A DNA stretch of 64,000 nt. Origin: Gemmatimonadetes bacterium SCN 70-22 (GTDB lineage: Bacteria; Gemmatimonadota; Gemmatimonadetes; Gemmatimonadales; Gemmatimonadaceae). A model generated the notes under the pieces. The model made no database searches. It had not been told where the DNA came from and saw nothing but the letters and a program-made list of their open reading frames with translations. A program made the translations under genes and the position numbers. The stretch's first letter is position 1; each line of letters begins with the position of its first letter. The stretch spans positions 108,543-172,542 of the forward strand of contig MEDZ01000009.1 of the NCBI GenBank assembly GCA_001724275.1, read 5' to 3'. Below, in pieces: positions 18,551 to 26,810 of this stretch.

Positions 18551-18943
18551 TCACCTGTTTCCCTGGCGCAGGTAGTCGTCGGTCTTGTCGAGCCAATCCT
18601 GGCGCGGCGGCGAGAAGACGTCGACGTCCAGCGTGTCCTCCAGCGCCTCGGCCTTGTGCCACGCCCATGCCGGGATGTGCAGCACCTCGCCGGCTCCCAC
18701 GTCGACCACGCGCGTCTCGTCCTCACCAAGGAAGAAGCGGAGCCTTCCCTCCAGGATGTAGGTGACCTGCTCGTTGTGGTGCTGGTGGCGCGGGACGATC
18801 GCCCCCTGCTTCAGGAAGATCTGGGCGATCATGATCCCGTCGCCGGTGATGATCTTGCGATCGATCATGTGGCTGACGGTTTCCCGGGGGATGTCGCTCC
18901 AGCGGTGGTGCGTGATCTCCTTCGACGACATGCGGCGCTCCAT
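18551..18943 (-). CDS. Cupin-domain protein
   Basis: 130 aa with cupin motifs PRHQHHNEQVTYILEG and GEVLHIPAWAWH. Confidence 0.85.
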   Translation of the reverse strand: MERRMSSKEITHHRWSDIPRETVSHMIDRKIITGDGIMIAQIFLKQGAIVPRHQHHNEQVTYILEGRLRFFLGEDETRVVDVGAGEVLHIPAWAWHKAEALEDTLDVDVFSPPRQDWLDKTDDYLRQGNR

Positions 18944-19037
18944 GGCGGGTGAGGGGGCGCCGGAGAATATCGCCCGGCGCCTCGGGTTACCAGCGGCCGG
19001 GGCGCGCCGCGCGGCGGCACGCGCGCGCCGGCCGTGC

Positions 19038-19097
19038 CCCGCGGCACCATGTCCCGCGGCACCATGGCCCGCGGCACCATGGCCCGCGGCACCATTG
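19038..19097. repeat. 15-bp tandem repeat CCCGCGGCACCATGG x4 in a divergent intergenic region
   Basis: Direct reading. Each unit contains the palindromes CCGCGG and CCATGG. Copies 1 and 4 each have one substitution. Confidence 0.9.
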
Positions 19098-19116
19098 CCT
19101 GGCGTGGGCGTCGATA

Positions 19117-19134
19117 TATCTTATTACTGAGATA
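19117..19134. promoter_or_regulatory. Candidate MarR operator, copy A (TATCTTATTACTGAGATA)
   Basis: AT-rich island in GC-rich DNA ending 2 nt before the marR-family ATG. It matches the perfect palindrome at 19730-19747 at 15 of 18 positions. Confidence 0.55.
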
Positions 19135-19135
19135 T

Positions 19136-19627
19136 ATGCCAGCACCCAAGGTCACGCCCCCGGCATCGACCGCCTCCCTCCCCGCCGAGCAGCAGATAGC
19201 GCTCAAGCTGTGGGTCACGCTGGCGCGCGCCTTCGCCGCGGTGAACGAGCAGGCCACGCAGGATGCCCGCGGCCACGGCTTGTCGCTCACCGAGTTCGCG
19301 GTGCTCGAGCTCCTGTACCATCGCGGCCCCACGCTTCAGGGCGAGATCCAGAAGCGGATCCTCGTCTCGAGTGGCGGCATCACCTTCCTGGTGGACCGCC
19401 TGGTGGAGAAGGGGCTCGTGGAACGGCGCACCTGCGCCGAGGACAAGCGGGCCCGCTATGCCGCGCTCACCAGCCAGGGGCGACGCCTGATGCACCGGAT
19501 CTTCCCCCGCCACGCCCGCCGGATCGCAGCGGCCATGCGGGGGCTCGGGGTCGCCGAACAGCGCGAGGCCACGCGCCTCCTCAAGCAGCTGGGGCTGGCC
19601 GCCGCCGCGGCCGACGCCCCGCCCTGA
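19136..19627 (+). CDS. MarR-family transcriptional regulator (MhqR-like by context)
   Basis: Winged-helix core LSLTEFAVLELLYHRGPTLQGEIQKRILVSSGGITFLVDRLVEKGLVER. In-frame ATG at 19136. Confidence 0.9.
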   Translation: MPAPKVTPPASTASLPAEQQIALKLWVTLARAFAAVNEQATQDARGHGLSLTEFAVLELLYHRGPTLQGEIQKRILVSSGGITFLVDRLVEKGLVERRTCAEDKRARYAALTSQGRRLMHRIFPRHARRIAAAMRGLGVAEQREATRLLKQLGLAAAAADAPP

Positions 19628-19729
19628 CCGCCCCGACCGCCCTGCCCGGGCTGCCCTGCCCGGGCCGCCCTGACCGGGCCGCCCGAAGCCGGGCACCTTT
19701 TCGCCGGTTCGCGGGTTCATGAAACAGGA

Positions 19730-19747
19730 TATCTCAGTACTGAGATA
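19730..19747. promoter_or_regulatory. Candidate MarR operator, copy B (perfect 18-bp palindrome TATCTCAGTACTGAGATA)
   Basis: Perfect inverted repeat in an AT-rich patch 35 nt upstream of the dioxygenase ATG at 19782. Confidence 0.6.
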
Positions 19748-19781
19748 CAGACGCGATTGCACCACCCACAGGAGTCCCACC

Positions 19782-20858
19782 ATGCCCTCGCTCGCCACCG
19801 CCGGCTTCCACCACGTCACCATGGTCTCGTCCGATGCGCGCCGCACGCTCGCGTTCTACCGCGACCTGCTTGGCGTCGGGCTCGTGAAGCGCACCGTCAA
19901 TTTCGACGACCCCACCTCGTACCACCTCTACTTCGGTGATGCCACGGGGAGCCCCGGAACGATCCTGACCTTCTTCGAGTGGGGGAACGTCGCGCACGGG
20001 CACTGGGGCGTGGGGGGCGTGCACCATCTGGCGCTCGGCGTCGCCACCCCGGAGGCCCAGCTCATGTGGAAGCGGCGCCTCAACGACGCCGGCGTGGCCG
20101 TCAGCGGCCCCTTCGACCGCGGGTGGTTCCGCTCCATCTACTTCCGCGACCCCGACGGGCAGGTGCTCGAGATCGCCACCCGTGGCCCGGGCTACGCCGT
20201 CGACGAACCCATCGAGGCGTTGGGCAGGATCGAGCTGGCCCCACCCACGAGCGCCGAGATCCGCGGCGCGCGCGACGAGGCCGCGATCGCCGCCCGCACG
20301 TGGCCCGAGCCCGTCCCGGTCATCACCCTCGACATGGCCCTGGAGGGGATCCACCACGTTTCCGCCATTACCAGCGACCTCGAGCGGCTCAACGACTTCT
20401 ACGACAGCGCCCTCGGGCTCAAGCTGGTCAAGAAGTCGTTCAACCAGGACGACCCCGGCACGAAGCACTGGTTCTGGGCGTCCTACGACGGCGCGGAGGT
20501 CAAGCCACACTCGGCCCTCACGTTCTTCGGCTGGCCGCGCGGCGGACGGCCGGCGCGCGGCGGCGTGGGGCAGATGCACCACCTGGCCTTTCGCGCGGCG
20601 TCGGCCGACGAGCAGCTGGCGTGGCGCGATCACCTGCTGTCGCGGGGGGTGTCGGTCTCGCCCGTGATGGACCGGAGCTATTTCCAGTCGATCTACTTCC
20701 GGGATCCCGACGGGCTCCTGCTCGAAGTGGCCACCGACGGGCCGGGCTTCACCATCGACGAGGAGATCGCGACCCTGGGGACCGAGCTTCGCCTTCCGGC
20801 GTGGCTGCAGTCCGAGCGCGAACAGATCGAGGCTGGGCTCCAGCCGCTGCAGGTCTGA
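19782..20858 (+). CDS. Two-domain VOC-superfamily ring-cleaving dioxygenase / glyoxalase-family protein
   Basis: Duplicated GFHHVTMVS.. / GIHHVSAITS.. and ..GGVHHLAL / ..GQMHHLAF modules with IYFRDPDG repeated. Start taken at MPSLATAGFHHV. Confidence 0.85.
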   Translation: MPSLATAGFHHVTMVSSDARRTLAFYRDLLGVGLVKRTVNFDDPTSYHLYFGDATGSPGTILTFFEWGNVAHGHWGVGGVHHLALGVATPEAQLMWKRRLNDAGVAVSGPFDRGWFRSIYFRDPDGQVLEIATRGPGYAVDEPIEALGRIELAPPTSAEIRGARDEAAIAARTWPEPVPVITLDMALEGIHHVSAITSDLERLNDFYDSALGLKLVKKSFNQDDPGTKHWFWASYDGAEVKPHSALTFFGWPRGGRPARGGVGQMHHLAFRAASADEQLAWRDHLLSRGVSVSPVMDRSYFQSIYFRDPDGLLLEVATDGPGFTIDEEIATLGTELRLPAWLQSEREQIEAGLQPLQV

Positions 20859-20920
20859 CAACACGAGCGATGCCGGGCGGTGCCATCGCGCCGCCCGGCC
20901 GCTCCCCCCTCATTTGCCAC

Positions 20921-21565
20921 ATGACGACACCGATCCAGGGACCACACCAGGGGCAACCCGTCCTCGCCGGCGGGGCGCTGCTCTCCGAGGCGCGCGGCGC
21001 GCTGATCCTCACGCACGGGCGCGGCGCGACGGCGCAGAGCATCTTCTCGCTCGCACCGCTCCTTGGCGCCGAACATCTCGCGTGGTATGCGCCGCAGGCT
21101 GCGGGCAACACGTGGTATCCGTACTCGTTCCTTTCACCCATCCCGCAGAACGAGCCGGGGATCACCTCCGGGATCCGGGCGCTCGCCGACCTCGTGGCCG
21201 ACATCGAGGGGGGCGGGATCCCCGCGGAGCGCATTGCCCTCGTCGGCTTCTCGCAGGGGGCCTGTCTCACGCTCGAATTCGTCGCGCGCCATGCGCGGCG
21301 CTACGGGGCGGTGATCGCCTTCAGCGGGGGCCTCATCGGTCCCGACGACACGCCGCGCCGCTACCTCGGCTCGCTCGACGGCACCCCAATCTTCATCGGG
21401 TGCTCCGACATCGACTCGCACATCCCCCTCGCGCGCGTCCACGAGAGCGCCGAGGTGCTGGCCGGGCTGGGGGGGGCCGTCGATACGCGCATCTATCCTG
21501 GGATGGGGCACGTGGTGAACGACGACGAGATTGCCGCGGCCCGGGCGCTGGTGCGGGCGCTGTAG
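20921..21565 (+). CDS. Phospholipase/carboxylesterase-family alpha/beta hydrolase
   Basis: Nucleophile elbow GFSQGA, followed by CSDIDSHIP and GMGHVV (Ser/Asp/His). 214 aa. Confidence 0.85.
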   Translation: MTTPIQGPHQGQPVLAGGALLSEARGALILTHGRGATAQSIFSLAPLLGAEHLAWYAPQAAGNTWYPYSFLSPIPQNEPGITSGIRALADLVADIEGGGIPAERIALVGFSQGACLTLEFVARHARRYGAVIAFSGGLIGPDDTPRRYLGSLDGTPIFIGCSDIDSHIPLARVHESAEVLAGLGGAVDTRIYPGMGHVVNDDEIAAARALVRAL

Positions 21566-21631
21566 CGCGTCCGGGCACGGCCCCGGAGGTGTCGCGGCCT
21601 GCCCGCCGTGGCGCCACGTCGCTGTCGATCG

Positions 21632-23158
21632 CTAGGGCTGGTACGCCTTGTCGACGATGCGACCGAAGCTGTCCGGGTTCCAGCGCGGGCGATCGCGTGC
21701 GTTCCCCACATCCTGGCCGAGGTAGTAGATGAGGCGGAGGAGCCGCGCCTCCTTCTCGGCATCGATCTTGTCGGGGGTGTCGCTCGCCTGGTGGTAGTCG
21801 CGGTGCGTTCCGTTGAAGAAGAAGAGAATGGGGACGCCGCGGCGCGCGAAGTTGTAGTGGTCCGAGCGGAAGTAGAAGTTCTCGTGGGGCCACGGGTCGT
21901 CGATGGGCTGCATGCGCAGCTCCGGATGCGCCGCCGCGACGCGGTCGAGTGTGGCCCCCAGGTCGCTGTGCTCCCGCCCGATCACCGCGATCGTGTCGGG
22001 CCAGTTGCGCCCGATCATGTCCATGTTGATGTTGGCCACCACCTGCGACAGAGGAACCGGGAGGTGGGACGCGAAGTGGTTGCTCCCCCACAGCCCCTTC
22101 TCCTCGCCGCTCACCGTCACGAAGATGAGCGACCGCTTCGGGCGGGCCTCCGCCACGCTGAACGCCTCGGCGAGCTCCAGCACCCCGGCCGTCCCCGAGG
22201 CGTCGTCGTCGGCGCCGTTCCAGATGCTGTCGCCTTCGGCGCGCGAATCGATGCCCACGTGATCCATGTGGGCGGAAAAGACGATGTACTCGTTCCGAAG
22301 CACCGGGTCGCTCCCCGGGAGGATCGCGGCCACGTTCGGCGCGCTCGTCCCCGGGCCGCCGACGTCGGCGATCGTGACCTCGATGGCCAGCGCATCGAGC
22401 GCGCGCACCATGTAGGATGACGCGGCGCGGAACGCAGCCAGGTCGATCCCGGCGTCGGCGAAGACGTCGCCGAGGGCGCGCTGGTGCACCATCGTCACCA
22501 CGGGGTCGCGTTCCGTCTCGCCGTCGACCGGACCACGCTCGCGGAACTGGTTGGCCACCTGTCGGGCGAGGGTCAGCGTGTCGTTGTCGAGCACGATGAC
22601 GACGGCTGCCGGGTTGCGCTCGTAGGCGCCGGCCAGGAACTGGTTGACCGGGGCGGAGCCAGGGGCGCGCGTGTTGGGGGCGACGACGAGGATCTTCCCT
22701 TCGACGTCGAGCGCCTTACCCGCGTCTGGCCGCAACGGCCCTCCCACCAGCACGACCCCGCCGGTGACCGGGCGACCGGTGCGCGGGCCGAAGACATACA
22801 CCAGGTCACGGCGGGCGCTGGCGCGGGCGGTCGATCCGTTGGCGCGAAAGACGGCTCGCGACGAGTCGCCGTCGATGCGCGATCGCCCGAGCGGATATCG
22901 CTGGACGAAGCGTCCGGCGTCGCCCGCCGGCTCGAGCCCGAGTCTCGCGAACTCGGCGGCGACGAACGCCGCCGTGAGCTCGAGCCCGCGCGACGGTGTG
23001 TCACGCCCCCCCATCGAGTCGTGAGCGATCACCTCGATGCGACGTCGCACGTCGTGCTCGGAGATGGAGGCGGCCCCGCGGTGCACCGCGCCGTCCTGGG
23101 CGTGCGCGGACGCAGGGGCGCCGACGGCCAGGAGCGCGAGCAGGAGCGGGCGGCTCAC
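21632..23158 (-). CDS. Secreted M28-family aminopeptidase
   Basis: FSAHMDHVG, GADDDASGTAGVLELAEAF, SGEEKGLWGS. Start set at the GTG preceding signal peptide SRPLLLALLAVGAPASAHA. The ORF is open to 23449 but would overlap the divergent alkA start. Confidence 0.8.
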   Translation of the reverse strand: MSRPLLLALLAVGAPASAHAQDGAVHRGAASISEHDVRRRIEVIAHDSMGGRDTPSRGLELTAAFVAAEFARLGLEPAGDAGRFVQRYPLGRSRIDGDSSRAVFRANGSTARASARRDLVYVFGPRTGRPVTGGVVLVGGPLRPDAGKALDVEGKILVVAPNTRAPGSAPVNQFLAGAYERNPAAVVIVLDNDTLTLARQVANQFRERGPVDGETERDPVVTMVHQRALGDVFADAGIDLAAFRAASSYMVRALDALAIEVTIADVGGPGTSAPNVAAILPGSDPVLRNEYIVFSAHMDHVGIDSRAEGDSIWNGADDDASGTAGVLELAEAFSVAEARPKRSLIFVTVSGEEKGLWGSNHFASHLPVPLSQVVANINMDMIGRNWPDTIAVIGREHSDLGATLDRVAAAHPELRMQPIDDPWPHENFYFRSDHYNFARRGVPILFFFNGTHRDYHQASDTPDKIDAEKEARLLRLIYYLGQDVGNARDRPRWNPDSFGRIVDKAYQP

Positions 23159-23315
23159 GGAGGCGAGGGTGCTGGCCGCGAGGCAGGTGGGGCGAGGCAC
23201 GATGGGGCGGGCTCCGGGCGTCGGGACGGCTGGGTCGCAAGCTACCCGGCGCACCCGCGGGCGCCAGCCGCGGGGGGCAATCGCACGCCGCGCCCGGACT
23301 GCGTAGTGTTCTCCC

Positions 23316-23927
23316 ATGCATCGCAAGGCCGTGAACCACCTTCGCCGGGCCGACCCGGTGATGGCCGGGGTGATCGACACCATCGGTCCCTGTCGCTTCA
23401 CGACGCGCCCGGAGCTCTCGCACTTCGAGGCCGTGGCGCGGTCGATCATCCATCAGCAGCTGTCGGGAAAGGCGGCGGCCACGATCTACGACCGCTTCCA
23501 GTCGCTGTTCGGCGGCGAACGCCCGCATGCCGCGGCGCTCGTGGCGCTCGACGACGAGGCGCTGCGGGGCGCCGGGATCTCTCGCCAGAAGATGAGCTAC
23601 CTGCGCGACCTGGCGGCGCGCGTGCACGCCGGGGCGATCCCGATCGAGTCGCTGCACGAACTGGACGATCAGGGCGTGATCGGGCACCTGACGAGCGTGA
23701 AGGGCGTTGGTGTGTGGACGGCGCAGATGTTCCTGATGTTCAAGCTCGGTCGCCTCGACATCCTCCCGGATCTCGACCTGGGGATCCGGAAGGGGATCAA
23801 GGAGGCCTACCGGCTGCGGAAGCTCCCCGATGCGCGGCGTGTGCAGGCGATCGGGGCCAAATGGGCGCCATACCGGACCATTGCCTGCTGGTACCTGTGG
23901 CGGCTCCTGGACGGCGAGGCCGCCTAG
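23316..23927 (+). CDS. alkA: HhH-GPD DNA glycosylase (3-methyladenine DNA glycosylase II-like)
   Basis: Helix-hairpin-helix LTSVKGVGVWTAQMFLMF followed by the catalytic Asp region DLDLGIRKG. 203 aa. Confidence 0.8.
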   Translation: MHRKAVNHLRRADPVMAGVIDTIGPCRFTTRPELSHFEAVARSIIHQQLSGKAAATIYDRFQSLFGGERPHAAALVALDDEALRGAGISRQKMSYLRDLAARVHAGAIPIESLHELDDQGVIGHLTSVKGVGVWTAQMFLMFKLGRLDILPDLDLGIRKGIKEAYRLRKLPDARRVQAIGAKWAPYRTIACWYLWRLLDGEAA

Positions 23928-23967
23928 GCGCGCACGCGGGCGGGGCGTCGCGGCGCGCGCCCGGGGA

Positions 23968-24027
23968 GGCGAGGAGGCCAGGCGAGGAGACCAGGCGAGG
24001 AGACCAGGCGAGGAGGCCAGGCGAGGG
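23968..24027 (+). repeat. 13-bp purine-rich tandem repeat GGCGAGGAG(G/A)CCA x4.6
   Basis: Direct reading. It ends 8 nt before the GTG start at 24035, and each unit contains a Shine-Dalgarno-like GAGGAG. Confidence 0.9.
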
Positions 24028-24034
24028 TGGCATC

Positions 24035-24928
24035 GTGAGAATTGCGATCACCGGGGCAACGGGATTCATAGGCGAGGCGTTGGTCCGCCGGCTGCAAGGG
24101 GCGGGGCACACCGTGCTGCGCATCGGGCGGGGGCGGAACGGCCCGGCGGCGCCGGACGTCACGTGGGACGCGGCGACCGTGCTCGACGCGGCCGCGCTGG
24201 AGGGGGTGGAAGGCGTCGTGCACCTGGCGGGAGAGTCGATTGCCCAGCGATGGAGCGCGACCGCCAGGCGCGCGATTCGTGACTCGCGGGTGCAGGGGAC
24301 CACGCTCCTCGCGCGCACCCTGGCCGGGCTGGCGCGCAGGCCGGCGGTCCTGGTGAGCATGTCGGCCATCGGGATCTACGGAGATCGGGGCGACGAGCTC
24401 CTCGACGAGTCGTCGCCCTCGGGGAGCGGTTTCCTCCCCGACATCGCCCGCGCGTGGGAATCGTCGGCCGACCCGGCGCGCGCGGCGGGGATTCGCGTGG
24501 TCCATCCGCGGGTCGGGATCGTCCTCAGTCCCAAGGGGGGTGCGCTGGCCCAGCTCCTCCCGATCTTCTCGCTGGGGATCGGCGGCAAGATCGGGCGCGG
24601 GCGTCAGTGGATGAGCTGGATCTCGCTCACCGACACACTGCGCGCCATCGAGTTCGCCCTGGCGACGACGACCCTCGAGGGGGCGGTCAACGTCACGGCC
24701 CCGAACCCGGTGACCAACGCCGACTTCACCGCGGTGCTCGGCCGCCTCCTCCGCCGCCCGACCTTCGCCCCGGTCCCCGAGTTCGCGATCGAGCTGCTCT
24801 ACGGCGAAATGGGGCGGGCCACGGTGATCGAGGGGCAACGCGTGGTCCCCCGCAAGCTGCTGGACGCCGGGTTCCGTTTCGAGCACAATGAGCTGGAAGT
24901 TGCCCTGCGCGCCGAGGGCGTGCGGTAA
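24035..24928 (+). CDS. TIGR01777/YfcH-like NAD-dependent epimerase-family protein (SDR plus DUF1731-like C-terminus)
   Basis: Rossmann motif IAITGATGFIG. GTG start is in frame with the long ORF. C-terminus ..NVTAPNPVTNADF..FRFEH. Confidence 0.8.
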   Translation: MRIAITGATGFIGEALVRRLQGAGHTVLRIGRGRNGPAAPDVTWDAATVLDAAALEGVEGVVHLAGESIAQRWSATARRAIRDSRVQGTTLLARTLAGLARRPAVLVSMSAIGIYGDRGDELLDESSPSGSGFLPDIARAWESSADPARAAGIRVVHPRVGIVLSPKGGALAQLLPIFSLGIGGKIGRGRQWMSWISLTDTLRAIEFALATTTLEGAVNVTAPNPVTNADFTAVLGRLLRRPTFAPVPEFAIELLYGEMGRATVIEGQRVVPRKLLDAGFRFEHNELEVALRAEGVR

Positions 24929-24965
24929 CCCCCGGGTCTCTCGTCTTCTCGTCTTCTCGTCTTCT
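24929..24965 (-). repeat. Copy 2 of the dispersed (AGAAGACG)n-AGAG element, x3, followed by CCCGGGGG
   Basis: The plus strand reads CCCCCGGG-TCTCT-(CGTCTTCT)x3, starting 1 nt after the TAA stop at 24926-24928. Confidence 0.7.
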
Positions 24966-24974
24966 GCCGTTCTG

Positions 24975-25220
24975 ATGGCCGCCATCATAATGGAAACGGT
25001 GCTCGTCGCCGCGCTGGTGGTGGCGATCGGGACGCTGCTGTACTTCGGCGTCACCAGCTTCACGCCGATGGGGAGGCGCTGGGCGCGCGCGCGCGCGGCG
25101 CGGGCGGGTGGGGCGGCTGGGCTGGCCTGCCCGATCCACGGCGTCATCGCCGAGGAGTCGGTACTGCGGCTCCCCTCCGGCGAACGCGCCTGCCCGCACT
25201 GCGCCCGGCAGACGCATTAG
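24975..25220 (+). CDS. Small hypothetical protein with an N-terminal TM helix and a C-terminal CxxH..CxxC zinc-ribbon-like motif
   Basis: 81 aa with good GC3. TVLVAALVVAIGTLLYFGV, then ACPIHG..ACPHCA. It ends 10 nt before the next gene. Confidence 0.45.
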   Translation: MAAIIMETVLVAALVVAIGTLLYFGVTSFTPMGRRWARARAARAGGAAGLACPIHGVIAEESVLRLPSGERACPHCARQTH

Positions 25221-25230
25221 CTTCCGACGC

Positions 25231-26265
25231 ATGTCTCGCCATCACATGCGTCGTCGCGCCGTGGTCGCGGCGACTCTGCTCGTCGCCACCGCGTCCGCCT
25301 GCGGGCGTGAGCGCACCCCCGCGGCCGGCAGCGCCGACTCCGCCGCCGCCGGAGAGCCCATCACCGTCTTCGCGGCTGGAAGCCTCGCGCGCCCGATGCG
25401 CGCCGCGCTCGATTCCTTCGCCCGGCACACCGGGACGACGTACACCCTCGAGTCGGCCGGGAGCCTCGAACTGGCCCGGCGGCTGACCGACCTCGGGAAG
25501 TCGGCCGACCTGGTCGCCCTGGCCGACGAGGACGTCTTCCCGCGCTTCCTGATGCCGGGGAAGGTGACCTGGTACGCCCGCTTCGCCCGCAATCGCCTCG
25601 TGCTCGCGTACGGTGCCAACGCCAAGCGGGTGAGCGAGGCCGAGGCGGGGGACTGGCGCTCGGTACTGCAGCGGCCGGAGGTGGAGACGGGGCGGGCGGA
25701 CCCCGACCTCGACCCGGCGGGGTATCGGACGCTGATGCTCTTTCAGCTGGCGGAGCGACATTACGCGGAGCCCGGGCTGGCGAAACGCCTCGAGGCGAGC
25801 GCCGCGCGGCGGAACATGCGTCCGAAATCCGCGGAGCTGGTGGCACTGCTCCAGTCCAACGAAATCGACTATGCCTGGATGTACGAGTCGTCGGCGCGAG
25901 GGGCGCGCCTGTCCTTCGTCGCCGTGCCCCCCGACATCGACCTGGGGGACGAGCGTCTTGCGGCTGCCTACGGCGCCGCGCGCGTGCGCGTGCTCGGGGC
26001 CGAGCCGGGGGACTCGATCGAGATGACGGGCACACCGATCCGCTACGGGCTGACGATTCCGACCGGCGCCCCGCACGCGGCGCGGGCGGCGGATTTCGTG
26101 CGCTACCTCTTCTCGCCGGCGGGGCAACGCGTCCTCAAGGGCGAGTTCCTGGATGCGCTCGACGCCCCGATCGTGATTGGCGAGGGGCGACCGCCCTTCA
26201 TCGATTCGCTCGCCACCGGGCGCGCGGGCGGGGCGAAGCCGGCGTCCGATTCTGCGCGGCGATAA
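25231..26265 (+). CDS. Lipoprotein, ModA/WtpA-like (molybdate/tungstate-type) periplasmic substrate-binding protein
   Basis: Lipobox LLVATASAC. ITVFAAGSLARPM..ESAGSLELARRL..ADLVALAD resembles the ModA-type PBP fold. No permease or ATPase gene is adjacent. Confidence 0.7.
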   Translation: MSRHHMRRRAVVAATLLVATASACGRERTPAAGSADSAAAGEPITVFAAGSLARPMRAALDSFARHTGTTYTLESAGSLELARRLTDLGKSADLVALADEDVFPRFLMPGKVTWYARFARNRLVLAYGANAKRVSEAEAGDWRSVLQRPEVETGRADPDLDPAGYRTLMLFQLAERHYAEPGLAKRLEASAARRNMRPKSAELVALLQSNEIDYAWMYESSARGARLSFVAVPPDIDLGDERLAAAYGAARVRVLGAEPGDSIEMTGTPIRYGLTIPTGAPHAARAADFVRYLFSPAGQRVLKGEFLDALDAPIVIGEGRPPFIDSLATGRAGGAKPASDSARR

Positions 26266-26317
26266 CTTGCCAGGTGGCGGCGCGCGACGCGCCGCCGTGA
26301 CGGAGAGCGTACGAGCC

Positions 26318-26806
26318 ATGCCGATTGTCCCTTTCGATTCACTCCCCGACGACGCGCGCGTCTGGGTCTTTGGTGCGAGCGATGCCCTGCGGGGCGAGCT
26401 CGAGGCAGCGCTGTTGCGGCACGTGGACTCGTGGCTGGCCGGATGGCAGGCGCACGGCGCCCCGCTGACCTGCGCGCGCGACTGGCGTCACGGACGCTTC
26501 CTGGCCGTCGGCGTCGACCAGTCGGCAACGGGTGCCTCGGGATGTTCGGTCGACGCCCTGTTCCACATCCTGCAGGGGCTCGAGCGCACGCTGGGCACCT
26601 CGCTGGTGGCCGGTGGGCGCGTCTTCTATCGGGACGCGCGGGGCATGGTGCAGTGCGTGGATCGCGAGACGTACGCCAGTCGTGCCAGGGCGGGGGAGAT
26701 CGGTGGCGACGTGCCGGTCTTCGACACGACCGTCACGACCGTCGGCGCATACCGGGCGGATTTCGAGCGCCCGGCGTCGGCGTCGTGGCACGCGCAACTC
26801 GTCTAG
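26318..26806 (+). CDS. Conserved hypothetical protein
   Basis: 162 aa with good GC3. No motif recognised with confidence. Confidence 0.6.
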   Translation: MPIVPFDSLPDDARVWVFGASDALRGELEAALLRHVDSWLAGWQAHGAPLTCARDWRHGRFLAVGVDQSATGASGCSVDALFHILQGLERTLGTSLVAGGRVFYRDARGMVQCVDRETYASRARAGEIGGDVPVFDTTVTTVGAYRADFERPASASWHAQLV

Positions 26807-26810
26807 CCGC

